From: Octopus vulgaris | Lineage: Eukaryota | Direction: 5' to 3' | DNA: 64,000 bases | Assembly (NCBI GenBank): GCA_951406725.2 | Contig: OX597827.1 | Location: 3,472,001 to 3,536,000 of the forward strand | In this document: piece by piece, positions 26,831-39,365 of the stretch | Position numbering within the stretch: position 1 is the first letter of the stretch | Layout of the letters: each line of letters opens with the position of its first letter | Notes under the pieces: model-generated | Seen by the model: only the letters and a program-made list of their open reading frames with translations | Told to the model about the DNA's origin: nothing | Databases searched by the model: none | Translations under genes and position numbers: made by a program

Positions 26831-27419
26831 AAATGGTGCTGAGCTACCACTCCTGTTACTGAAGATGACAACGATGTATATTATTATTATTATACACCGT
26901 AAGCCAAATGTTTTGCCCAGATACAAAGTGAACCAAACTTGTTTTTTCAGTTGACAGTATTTTAGAATTCATTTGAGATAATGAAGCCATCAGCAAATAG
27001 ACTTTGGGAGAAGCTACTGTTCTGTGGTAAAATAATCGCATATATAAAGACAGCATCTTATCAGTTCTTGATTAAAAAGTTTGGTTGTCAACAGGTCACA
27101 GAAGGATACGAACTGTTCTCTATAGAACTGCAAAATTTTAATCAATTTCATAGTTCTCCGCTAAGTTTACTTCACTACAAGGTTCAGTCTTTGTTGCAGT
27201 GTAGTGGTTTGTGTATTTCAATGACCCTGAAAGCTATGACAGAGGAGTACAAGCTCTTAGTAGGGCCTCCACTGCTGGATAGATCAAAGGATAGAGGCCA
27301 AACTAATATGAACTATCTCTTCCTCGAGATTAAAATGGGTTTTCTTAAGGTCAATACATTTACCAGGAAAAAGCAAAGTCACAGAAGCACTGATGATAAA
27401 TCAAAGCTAATAGTGTCTT

Positions 27420-27560
27420 CTGTGGCTTAGTGGTTAGGGAGTTCAAACAGCAATTGTAAGATTCTGGTTTCAATTCATGGACCAGGTAATGTGTTGTGTT
27501 CTTGAGCAAAACACATCACTTCACATTGCTCCAGTCCACTCAGATGTAGAAATGAGTTTA
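27420..27560 (+). mobile_element. tRNA-derived SINE, family E (second copy at ~54270-54490, minus strand)
   Basis: TGGCTTAGTGGTTAG A box, GGTTTCAATTC B box, GTGTTCTTGAGCAAAACAC domain. Confidence 0.7.
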
Positions 27561-30500
27561 GCCTGAAGAGGGATGGACTCTGCCAAGCTTTCTTGCCCAA
27601 GATATGGTGCATGGCTGCAGTACCCTGATGGTTAAATACTTGCCATTATCAATGTCTTCCACCAGGGAAACATATGATGCAGTACAGCAAAATCCAAAAG
27701 AACATAACTGAAAAAATAGAGACCCAACTAGAGAAAAGCAGAAATGACACTCTTGGGTCAAGAACAGTGGAGAAAACTCATCAGTGGCCTATGCTCCACA
27801 GTGAGCAAAGGGCTTGGGCCTAAGTTCTGACAGGGCTCAAAGTTTCATTCTTTTCTCTTTCAGAGTAATGGTCATCTGTTCCTTATTGGGGGCAGGATCA
27901 CTGGGATTCTTCAAGCATCTAGAAGCTTTGCTTGGAAATTCCCATTCTTTAGTATCTGTGGCTATACTAGGGGCACTACCTTAGAAGGTTTTACTGGACC
28001 CTCTCAAGTACCGATTTCAGTTTGGTGTTTAACTAGTTGTTATATTGAACTATTTCTGTCGAGTGATTACTAGCTTTAATTGGCAGTACTGTATCAAACA
28101 CATAAATGCATACTCTCACTCTCTTCTCTTTCACATATGTGAAGGGCTTCTACACAGTTTCTGTCCACTGATTCCCAATCACAAAATATTGGTTCATGAA
28201 AACGTAACAGAAGAAAATATTTGCCTATGCATTGAAATTAAGCCCAGAACAACATGGTAGCAAAGTGAACTTCTTAATCAGGTGGCAATCCAAGTGACAA
28301 ATTACCATTCTGCTAGTAATACAAATGTGTATGCTCTGTGATACAGCAAAAAAACAATTTGCTCCATTAGCTTACACACATGAGCTAAGTAGTATTTCTT
28401 ACATCTCGTAGCATGTTATTTTCTCAGCAGAATAGCAAGAATGAGTCAAAATTCACAAACAATAATGATTCCAAAAATAGTTTTTTACATTACCTATGGC
28501 ATTTTGCAAAGAATTTGAGATAAACCCATCGAATTCATTTCGCAGCAAATTTATACAAGCACATTTTATACACAGACACACACCTACAGTCATATGGACT
28601 GACAGGTGAACAAACAAAAATATAATTTTAAAATATACTTCAATAAACTGACAAAAGTTGGGTGGGGGATACTTAGGAAGGAGAGCAGCAAGTTTGCATC
28701 TTTCAGAGCCTCCAAAAGTGGAGGGAGGTGAAAGAAGTTATATTAGACAAGAAACCTGGTCAAATTGCTTGTAAGAGAATGGACTCTGCTATAGTACCCC
28801 AAAACTAGATAGTGGCAATGGATTAAACCTGCCACAAGAGAACAGAAACAGCTCCAGAATCTGACTTTCTTATAGCTTCCATCAAACAAATTTCACTCAT
28901 AAGAATTTGGTCAACCAGAGGCTACCATAGAATACTCTCACCCACAGTGCCATGCAATGGGATTGAGCACAAAATGAAATAATTGCAAAATTTCTCCTTA
29001 ACCCCACAACTACACAGTTTAAATTTATATAAAGGGAATAAATTATACTATATTATCATATATTAAAATAATAAAATATCATGATATAATACAATATATT
29101 ATGTCTATATATGTATAGATGTGGGTGTGTATGTAAATGGTGGGTCACAGGGGTGTCAGTGCATATCAACAACAATTTGTGGTTGAATAAAAGCAGCAAA
29201 CCCATTAAGAAGATTCAAACCACACATCTCTTGATTACAAATCAAACACGCTAGCATTTACACTATACAAATAAATAAATATATACATAAATATATCTAT
29301 ACTCACACACGCACACACACTTGAGCACACATAAATATATTTGTCTCTATATATACATATATCGTCAAGTATGTTCACGTTTATGTAGACATGAGTATAT
29401 CATATCTTTATCTATCCATCTATCTATCTACATATATATATATATAAGATTACACACAAGCTCACGCATAAATATAAGTGGACACAGATATACATAAATG
29501 TATATTGTGTGTGTGTGTGTGTGTGTGTGTATTACCTGTGGAAGAAGTATATATATTTGAATAGTTATATTTTTTATGCATATTTTGTGTGTGTGAGTGT
29601 GTGTATAAAAGATATGCATACATTTATGAACTGTTATATGCACTTTTTATACATGATTTTTATTTTGTATACATACATATATGTGTGTGTGTGTGTGTAC
29701 AAAATAAAAAACACATAACTATTCATAAATATATACATATATTATACAAGTGTATATACATGTGTATGTATATGTATTTATGACAATGCATAAATATATA
29801 CACACATACTGGAAAATACAAGAAAAAAAACACATGCATTAACAGATGCACACAAAGGATAGTGTTGAGTTAATCAATGAACTTCTTTGACATTGTTTAT
29901 CATGAATATATAATGGGGAGGTAAAGGAAGAAAAGAAAAAGGGATGCGTGTGTATGCGTGTGTTTGTGTGCGTGTGTGTGTGTGTGTGTGTGGACAGGAA
30001 TAGCAGAATATTTATCTCAAACATAGTTGTAATTTGCAAAGGGCGTAAGAGGAAAATAAGCAAAAAATTCCGTCATCAAAATATATAGAATATTGATGAA
30101 ATATTTCTGGGTAACGTTATGACTTCACAGAAGGTGTTTGCAGCAACCAATTTTTTTTATTATTAGTTTTTTTTTTTGGTTTTTTTTTTTGCATTTATTT
30201 TCATTTACTTTATTCATTTATTTACCTTTTTTTGTTTTTTTTTTCTTTTTGACTTGCTAACAATAGTTCCATCAGGGAAGTTTGCTAATCATCGCAAGGT
30301 GCCATATTGGTTGTCTGCTGACAACGTACAACAGAAGATATAGGAAAACTGCCTCCACCCCCCCAGGTCAAAGAACGGTGATATAAGTGGGAGTGGGAAC
30401 AACAAAGATTAAATATTTAATAAGTGTTTGTCTATATTTTCCTTTTATGATGATGATGATGATGATGATAGTAGTAGTGCTGATGATAATGATGAGTATG

Positions 30501-30739
30501 GTGCTGATGATGGTGATGGTGAATGTACTGATGATGATGATGAAACTCAACACTGTACTATGTGCACATGTGTTGGAGCCTCTGTTATTTTCTGTGTGTA
30601 TGTTTACATGCACAAACACATACACACACATGCATATATACACATACAGCCTCCTCTATGTGGATGACTGGAAAATATTTGCAAAGTGTAATATCTAGCT
30701 GGTTGTTAAAACCCGCCAAAAATTGTTTATAAATTCAAG

Positions 30740-31829
30740 CAAAAAGGAATCTGGGATGCAGCAAATATGCTACAGCTTCTACATGAAAAAGTAAATCAAC
30801 TAAAACTGTAAACATAAATATTGAACAGACACTGAGTCAGAGAACTACCATCAGAGACATCCATACAAATATTTAAGAACTGATGAAACTTAGAATGCAA
30901 CATGCAGAAATGAAGGGGAAAATTAGAGAAGAGTAATTATTAAAAAAAAAGTCAGATTGATAAAAAAAATCTCAACTCAATGCTAACAATAAGATTGTGG
31001 GTACAAATATGTTAGCAATCCCTATTTTAAACTGGGGCTTCAACAGAAAGAATGAATGGAAGAGCTGAGACAGAAATATCAGGAAGCTACTGATAGCTTC
31101 CTAGAGTCTTCTCTCCCACCCTCACTGAAAGACAAAAAAAAAATGATATTGATCGAATATTCCTACCACACCCACAAGCAGAGTGGAGCCTGATACAAAT
31201 AGAAGCCTATTACAACATAACAACAGGGCTAAAAAAAATATTTAGAAGGGGAAGCTAATAGCTTCCCATCGCTTGTTTCTGAAGTATAATAAAGAAACAA
31301 AAGGGAAAAAAAAAAATTTCCTTTCTGTATATGAGGAGTAGGCATGACTGTTTAAGAAACTTACTTTGCAATCTTGGTGCTTGGGGTTCAGTCTCACTGC
31401 AGGACACCTTGGGTAAATGTCTCCTACTACAACCTTGGGCTGACCAATGCCTTGTGAGTGAATCTGGTAGATGGAAACTGTGTGGAAGCTTGTTGTGTGT
31501 ATATATGTGTGTTTGTGTGAGTATATGTGTGAGCATTCAAGTCTTTGTATTTGTCCCCCACCAGTACTTGACAACCAGTGTTGGTGTGTTTATGTCTCCA
31601 TAACTTAGCAGTTAATAAGTATTGGGTTCGATTTTGTTCAACTAAAACTCTTCAAGTAGTGCCTGCCAGCATGGCCACAGCCTAATGACCGAAACAGGTA
31701 AAAGCTAAAGGTATGTAACATAATGATAAGGTATAAAGTGGAAGCAAAATACACTGAAGAAAATGATCCCCAAACAAAACTGTAGAAAAGATTAAAAACA
31801 AATGGAATTCCAAACCATGCAGAGGAAAC

Positions 31830-31903
<74 letters not shown>

Positions 31904-32060
31904 TCATTGTTTTGCTGTATCTAAGAAGACTCACCAGAGAGGAAGTGAGCTATAGTGAAAGACAAATAAAAAAAAGTTCTAGAACTCTGGGCTAAAAGTA
32001 AGAAACAGCAAGTCTGATTTTGCATGTTACAGCCACAAGCAGCAAGATTTTATCTTATAC
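30740..32060 (+). mobile_element. Old R4/Dong-clade non-LTR retrotransposon fragment, interrupted by a family B SINE (~31345-31705) and (GA)n
   Basis: Broken translation PYKYL...MQHAEMKGKIRE...SQLNANNKIVGTNMLAIPIL...SLIQIEAYY...SGLK/ETASLIL. Confidence 0.6.
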
Positions 32061-32339
32061 TCGTTTCAATCATAGGATTGCAGCATCATGGTCTCTTATC
32101 TAAAGCACTGATTGAAAGGTGAAAAATTTTTCAAAATAGTATGACTTTGAAATTGAAGTAAAAAAAAAAAAATCTTGGGTAGTAAAATATAAAAAAAAAC
32201 TGCATCAATAATTGGAGCACGAAGTAGAATAAAATATGAACAAAAACAAATGAACCACAATCGGAATCCTAAAATTACAATTCAAAATATCTGCTCACCA
32301 CAGCTCACATATTATGCCGGACACTTTTAATTTGATACC

Positions 32340-32574
32340 TATTTCTTTACTACCTACAAGGGGCTAAACACAGAGAGGACAAACAAGGACAGACAAGTGG
32401 ATTACATCGATTACATCGACCCCAGTACGTAACTGGTACTTATTCAATCGACTCCGAAAGGATGAAAGGCAAAGTTAACCTCAGCGGAATTTGAACTCAG
32501 AATGTAACGACAGACGAAATATGGTTACGCATTTCGTCCGGTGTACTAACGTTTCTGCCAGCTCGCCACCTTAG
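32340..32574 (-). mobile_element. Family A SINE, full length, 15-bp TSD
   Basis: TSD TTTTAATTTGATACC at 32325-32339 and 32575-32589; reverse complement of 6533-6765. Confidence 0.92.
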
Positions 32575-33585
32575 TTTTAATTTGATACCACAATCCAAAT
32601 GGTAAACTCCTTACACACAACACATATCCTATACAATAAACACCAAATATATTAACACAATTTACACCACATAATCAATATCCCATAAAAAACAGTACAA
32701 GGTATATTCTTACCTGACACTATAACAACAGTAACTCACATTCTACACAAATACCACACATTTATAGTACACAAGTCACACACATTATACATTCACTGCT
32801 TGACCCTATAATATGTAACATTAGTTATATATAACACAACACATACAAAACAAATTTGCTGGAGAAGAGCACTTTCTTCCCCATCCTCACTTTTTGTTCT
32901 AAGTGGAAAAGTTGAAATGATAATAATGCTTTCTATTATAGGCACAAGGCCTGAAATTTTGGGTGGAGGAGCTGGTTGATTATGTTGATGCCATCATTCA
33001 GCAGGTATTTATTTCATCAACCCCAAAAGGGTGAAAGGCAAACTTAACCTGGGATAAAATTTGAACTCAGAACACAAAGACAGACAAAGTGCTTAGTGGC
33101 ATTTTGTCCGGCAATGGTAACAATTTTAATAATAGAAATAAGTAGAAGAATCCTTTTGCATGTAAGCACAAGGTCTGAAATTTTGGGAGAGGTATAGTCA
33201 TTTACACCAACCCCAGCACTTGAATGGTACTTCTTTCATTGACCCCGAAAGGATGAAAGCAAAGTCAATCTCATCAACATCTAAACCCAGAACATAAAGC
33301 TAGGAGAAATGCTGCTAAGCATTTTGTCCAGCTTTGATAATGAACATAGCACAAGCTGAGCAATTTTGAGAAGTGGGTGTTTGTCGATTACATCAACCAA
33401 CCTCTTTAGAATAATGTTGATAATGCTAGTTATAACAATGATATAAGGATGTTTATGATAATTTTTATGACAATAAAAGTAAAGATGATGTTGATAATAT
33501 GAACAGCAGTGATGTTCTTGATAGCAATAATGACTATGATGATGAAAATGATGATAATGAAAGGAACACACTTAGACACATAGTT

Positions 33586-34450
33586 AGGTGGTATCAAAAG
33601 ATTCCTGGACTAGTTCTGTAGTACACCAACAGATGGCAGCATGGCTTCATGCACATGAAGAGCTAGCAGTGACCTTCATGAGGCAGTGTGCTGAGCAACA
33701 TTGCTGTGTTTACTCCACAAGTTGTGAAATTTGTGTTTTTGTGATCACGTGTCTGTTGTAGTCTGTGATTTTGTCATTGACAGAAAGTTGGAACAAAGAG
33801 CCAACATGAAATTTTGTGTTAAACTTGGGAAATCTGTTACAGAGACTTTGAGCATGCTTTGGCAAGCTTAGAATGATGAGGCAATGGGTCGCACACAATG
33901 TTTCAAGTGGTACAGGCACTCTAAAAGTGAAAGAACATCCCTGGAAGACAATGAGCGATCTGGAAGACCTGCCATGAGCATCACCCCCAGAAATGGGGAG
34001 AATGTTCATCAGCTTGTGCATGAAGACCATCAGAGGACAATTAACAATATTGCTGATGTTGTTGGTCTGTCGTATGGGTCTGTGCAGGCAATCCTAACAT
34101 GTGAATTGAACATGCAGCATGTCTCTGCCAAGTTTGTCCCCTGCCTGGTGATCAATGAGCCAAAAGAGCATTGCATCAGAGTCTGTCAAAGTCTCTGATG
34201 ACCCCCCATCCCTCTTGTCAAGAATCATCACCAGTGACAAGAGCTGGGTCTATGGGAATGACCCTGAGATGAAGCATCAGCCATTACAATAGAAAAGCCA
34301 TTCATCTCCATGACCAAAGATGGAACAGCAGAACCACAGCTCAATCAAGAGCATGTTCATCGTTTTGTTCGACATCCGTGGTACTGTACATCGAGAATTT
34401 GTCCCCCAGGGCCAGACCGTCAGTTGAGAGTTCTATGGCAACACTTTGAT
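33586..34450 (+). mobile_element. Mariner (same family as 1450-2347), 3'-truncated
   Basis: Same left TIR. SLEDNERSGRP, AKFVP, IITSDKSWVYGNDPE and FDIRGTVHREFVPQGQTV fragments. Confidence 0.9.
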
Positions 34451-34739
34451 TACTGTTAGTTAATAAAAGTGGCAATTCATGAAATCACTTTTGCTACTTG
34501 CAAACACTGTGGAGTTCTGGAACCTCTTGAGGTCACCAAATGAAGTTGGATGACTTGTACTAGTAGTAGTAGTAGTATTTGGTGTTACTGATTCAGTACT
34601 GACTTATTAGACATTGTAATGTTTCTCTTGTTCTTTCTCTTCCTCTGTTTATGTAAGTTTACTTCTCTTTAAGTGTATGAAGAGAGGGAAAGTGATTCAT
34701 GTCGGTCATGTTCAATGAATAAATTGTAATTGATCTCTC

Positions 34740-34774
<35 letters not shown>

Positions 34775-35512
34775 CTATCTATGCATACATTCCTACATGC
34801 ACATGATGCATGTTTGCCTCCCACACTAAAAAGTACTGTGACCAAAACATGTCCAATGGCCAGTCAACACTTCCAAATCACTAACATCCAAATATACAGA
34901 TGTACCAAATTCCGTCAAATACCTATATCATTTAGCTATTGTTGGTCAGACCATTTAACTGTAAATATTCACTATGTGGTGGTACAACTGATTTCCCATG
35001 TAGGTAGTGGAATCACTCGGTTATTAACATGTGTCTTATTAGTTTGTTGCTTGTAACACTGAAACAAGGAGCATCAATTTACACACCAGCTTATAATAAG
35101 ATGGAGAGATGACAGTCCATTCACTTAGCTGTAAATATGTAATGCAAGCAATTATGCCTCACAAGAAGAAGCAGTACTACTGTGTACTTTTGAAAATTTC
35201 TTTTTAATTCATGCATGATTAAGTTTTAATCTTCCCAGTTGCCTGGACAGAGACAGTTTTTACCAGGATAACAAAATTATCAAACATCTCTACATGCCAA
35301 TGTACTTTAGTGATAACATTTTTTTAATCACACACACACACACACACAAGCAGAATCACCTGTATACTTTAATATCTACACAGCTATAATTTAATGATAA
35401 AATTATTAATAAACAGATAATAAATACCAAAGTATTAACATGGTTCAGTACAATATTTTATTATGTTACTATTCAAATATAAACTTTTCTAAAACTAAGA
35501 AGAGTAAAACTG

Positions 35513-35521
35513 ACTCACCTG
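35513..35521 (-). other. 5' splice donor (phase 0) ending the protocadherin large exon
   Basis: Minus strand reads CAG|GTGAGT, a full consensus donor, exactly at the codon boundary Q799/V800. Confidence 0.85.
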
Positions 35522-37915
35522 CTGTGTTAAACCTTGTGTCACAGAGAGAGGCATTCTAGAAGTTGACCCTTTCCAATCCGTTTTACATCCATATTGTGAG
35601 TCCCTTTTCAGAAGGGTTGTTTTAGACTCTTTATTTAAGCCTGGATCTAAAACCATGCTTGCTGGGACATCATACTGTGGATGATTAGGTTCACAGGTGT
35701 ATTCTGATTGTTTCCTCTCTCCAGGACAGTTGGTATTACCAACTACATCACTGTACAGAATGTTTCTCTGGGTGTACTTCTGAATGATGCATATTGCTAA
35801 TGAAATGACAATAGCCACAGATAAAATAATAGCAGCCACAATGATAACAATCATTAGGTTTATATGAATAGTGTCATCTGAATGTTTGGGGGCAGTGGCC
35901 AACATTTTGGATGTCTGGTTGCTGACGGTCAACATCAGTGACAGAGTCGTAGTTGCTGACCGCATAGGACTGCCACTGTCTTTGACAATAAACGTTAAAC
36001 TGTATAACCCTGCATCATTCTGGTAAACTGGACGGGAGTAAGATAGGACACCTGTGTAGGGTTTTACTGAAAACAACTGTTTTTCATTGCCTCCGATTAT
36101 TTCATAACTGAGAAATGCATTCACATGTCTGTCTCTATCTGAGGCTTTCAAAACTGTGATCTCACTCTTACTTTGAGGATGGTAGTGGACATCGAGGTTA
36201 AAAGGGTTAACACTAGGAAAGGTAAAATAAGGAGCATTATCATTTTCATCCATTACTTCAACAATCACATTTTCTGTATTATTCAAAGAAGGTTTGCCAT
36301 TGTCTTTTACAAAAACTTTAAATTTATAAGTTTCTTTTTCTTCTCTGTCCAATGACTGAGTCGTAGAAATAAATCCAAAATTAGAAATCACAAAAGGAAG
36401 AATATTTTCATTGTCACTCAGTAAAATATAAGTGAGTTGACCTCCTAGGCCCATGTCAGGGTCAGTAACATTAATAAATCCGACAGGAAAGTTTGGTTCT
36501 TCATTCTCATAGGTTAAAAACTTAAATTGACTTTTAGTAAACTTTGGCTGCACATCATTAACGTCCATTACTTCAATAGAGAATTTTCTTTCTGTCTTTT
36601 GTGGAGGTACTCCTTTGTCTTGGCAACTTATTGTAAAGTCAATGAAACTTTCCTTTTCTCTATCAACAGACTTTTTGACCACAACTTTATATTTCATTCT
36701 CCCTAAACTCTTCAACAACAGTTTATTGTGACGGAGATCACATGTGACCTCTCCATTCTGTCCAACATCATTATCAGTAACCTTAACATAGGCAATAAAA
36801 CTACCGACTTTCACTCCTTCAGAAATTGTGGCTGTGTTTTTCATTGATTCGGAAACAAAATTTACTTCTATTGCTGGTGCAGTATTCTGGTGGCCAATCT
36901 TATTAACCAGCACAACTGCAGTTGAACTCAATGGCGGGTTCCCATTATCACTAGCTGTGATGAAAAGCTTGTAGGTTTGTTGTTTATCAAAAGGAAATTG
37001 TCGATTCAAAAAGATTTCTCCAGTTTCTTTATTCAATTCAAAATAATCCATAGCTAGTTTTGCTGTTTTTGAATGGAAACGATAGACAACTTTGCCATTC
37101 TTACCAGAATCTAAATCTTTTGCTGACGCAATGATTACAGCCTGGCTTTTTTGGTGGTTTTCACTAATGGAAACATTGTAAACACTCTGTGTAAAGATAG
37201 GAGAATTATCATTCTCATCAGTGACAGATATTTCAACATTTAAAACACCTTCTTTGGGTGGGTATCCTTCATCACGAGCAATGACTTGCACATTATAAGT
37301 ATCTTTTACTTCTCTATCTAATTTCTTTTCTAAAACAATCCCAAGTTGGGTGGTGCCATCTTCTTTACGTGAATAAGACAAGCTAAAAGGCTCATCTCTG
37401 TTCTTTTTTAATTTATAAGTAATCTCTGAATTTTCTGATCCCATATCTTTATCAATGGCATTAGGAATCGTTCTTGTTACTCCCTTACTGTAGTCTTCAG
37501 AAAACTTGATGTTGATTTGATTTTCCTGAAACTCTGGACGATTGTCATTAATGTCTTTAATGATTACTTTTACCTCAATTATTTTCACAAAAGATTCTTC
37601 CTTTTGAATAGCAACATCAACCATTCTAAAACATTCAGAGTTGTACTTGCACAGAGACTCTGCATCCAGTATTTGATTGGTATATAGTTTGCCAGTCTTG
37701 GTCACATTAAACAATCGCGAGCCTTTACTTTTCTGCAAGCGGCTAAAAGAAATTAAGCTGAGGTCTCGAGACACGAAAATGCCTCGTGAGTTTATGTCAA
37801 GTGCAATGTCACCAACATATGTTCCAAGAATTTGAGCCTCCTCTATTTGGTAAGTGAGATCGGCACAAAGGAAGGTTTCCAATAGAAGCCAGAAAGAAAA
37901 CAACTGTACAAACAT
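35519..37915 (-). CDS. Pcdh: Protocadherin (cephalopod-type), large first coding exon: signal peptide, EC1-EC6, TM, proximal cytoplasmic tail. The unspliced ORF runs on to a stop at 35495 (806 aa).
   Basis: 806-aa ORF with hydrophobic N-terminus MFVQLFSFWLLLETFLCA. EC1 has the protocadherin C-x5-C motif (LDAESLCKYNSEC). Cadherin Ca2+ motifs DINDNRP, LDRE, DENDNSP, DVNDVQP, DENDNAP and AxDxG. TM LMIVIIVAAIILSVAIVISLAICII at ~35783-35857. Consensus donor CAG|GTGAGT after Q799. The symbol is family-level only. Confidence 0.95.
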
Positions 37916-38059
37916 ATTCTGTTTTAAATATATATATATATATACATATATATATAAATATATTTATATATATATATATCTCAATATACTTGAAACTTCA
38001 AAGGGTGTTTTCAAATTGTTTCAGTCAAGAGGCATCTTACTATGTTTAAACCATGTAAT

Positions 38060-38077
38060 CTGAAAGAGGAAAAAAAT
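38060..38077 (-). other. 3' splice acceptor opening the protocadherin exon (144 nt of 5' UTR before the ATG)
   Basis: Minus strand TTTTTTTCCTCTTTCAG|ATTAC: long polypyrimidine tract plus CAG. Implies an upstream non-coding exon, which was not located. Confidence 0.65.
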
Positions 38078-38749
38078 ATATAAATAGATAGATATACAAA
38101 CAGAATTATTTCTAACATGCAGGGTTACATACAGAACCATCATAGCTTTCAAAAGATAACACCATAATAAAAATAAGACAAACAAAAAAAAGCAAAATTA
38201 AAACAAAGGAGAAGCAATAAATCTAATAATGTTTTAGTAGTTTTCCAGATATTTGAAGAACAACAGATTATATGAGCGCATGAAAGGGTTCATATACCAG
38301 CAAAATGATTCACATTTCCAAAATGATTCCAGCACAAGATCTAATTAGGATATATACATGCCATAGTTCTTTTGTTTGTTTTTTTTTGTTGCTCTTATTT
38401 TCTTGTTTGTTTATCCTACTTTATTACTTTGTCTTTTGTTGTCATTTTGTTTTCTTCTTTTTCTTCTTCTTTTTTTTTTATGGTGGTGGTATTAGTAATA
38501 GGACATTTCAAACACCCAAACATGTAAAGTGTTATCAATAAACCCCCGAACCGAAGGACAATTGCTAGAGAATACATGTAATATCGTTACATGTAAACTT
38601 GAAAACATAATGACTGTGTACAAAACCACAAAACCCGGGGTTCTTCAATCGAAAAGTCTGTTTTCCATTTTTCAAAGTTATCTCTTCAAAACCAATTTTG
38701 TCGAGATGAATTGCAAAATAGGAAAACAAGCAAACAAAATAACACAAAC

Positions 38750-39205
38750 AATGATGATGATGATGATGATGGTGGAAATGATGCTGTGTTTGCTTTGCAG
38801 AGAATAAGATTCAAACAGAAATATACAACTGTAATGCTAAAAGTGATAACAACTGCATAAATGTTGACAAAAACAAAGACGACGATGAGAAGGATGATGA
38901 TGATGATGATGATGATGAGGATGATGATGATGATGGAAGCAACAAAGACAATAATGATGATGAAGCTGCTATTGACAATGGTGTTAATCATCAGGCTGAT
39001 GATAATGGTGATGACAATGATGACAACATTGAGAATGATGATGGTGATGATGACAATGATGATGATGATGACGATGGAGATGATAGAGGTGATGATGGCA
39101 GTGACAAGATGAAGAGTATGGAAACACCAAAGATAATAATGACAATGATGCCAAATGTCAATACAATTGATGACAGTGATGATGATGATGATGATAATGG
39201 CAATT

Positions 39206-39249
<44 letters not shown>

Positions 39250-39365
39250 GATGATGATGATGATGATAATGGCAATGATAATGATGATGGTGGCAATTAT
39301 GGTGATGATGATGATGGCAATTATGATGATGTTGATGATGATGATAATGGCAATTATGATGATGT
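38750..39365. repeat. Long imperfect (GAT)n/(ATC)n trinucleotide tract in the intron upstream of the protocadherin exon
   Basis: Directly visible; it produces the poly-D/M/I/H pseudo-ORFs. Confidence 0.95.
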
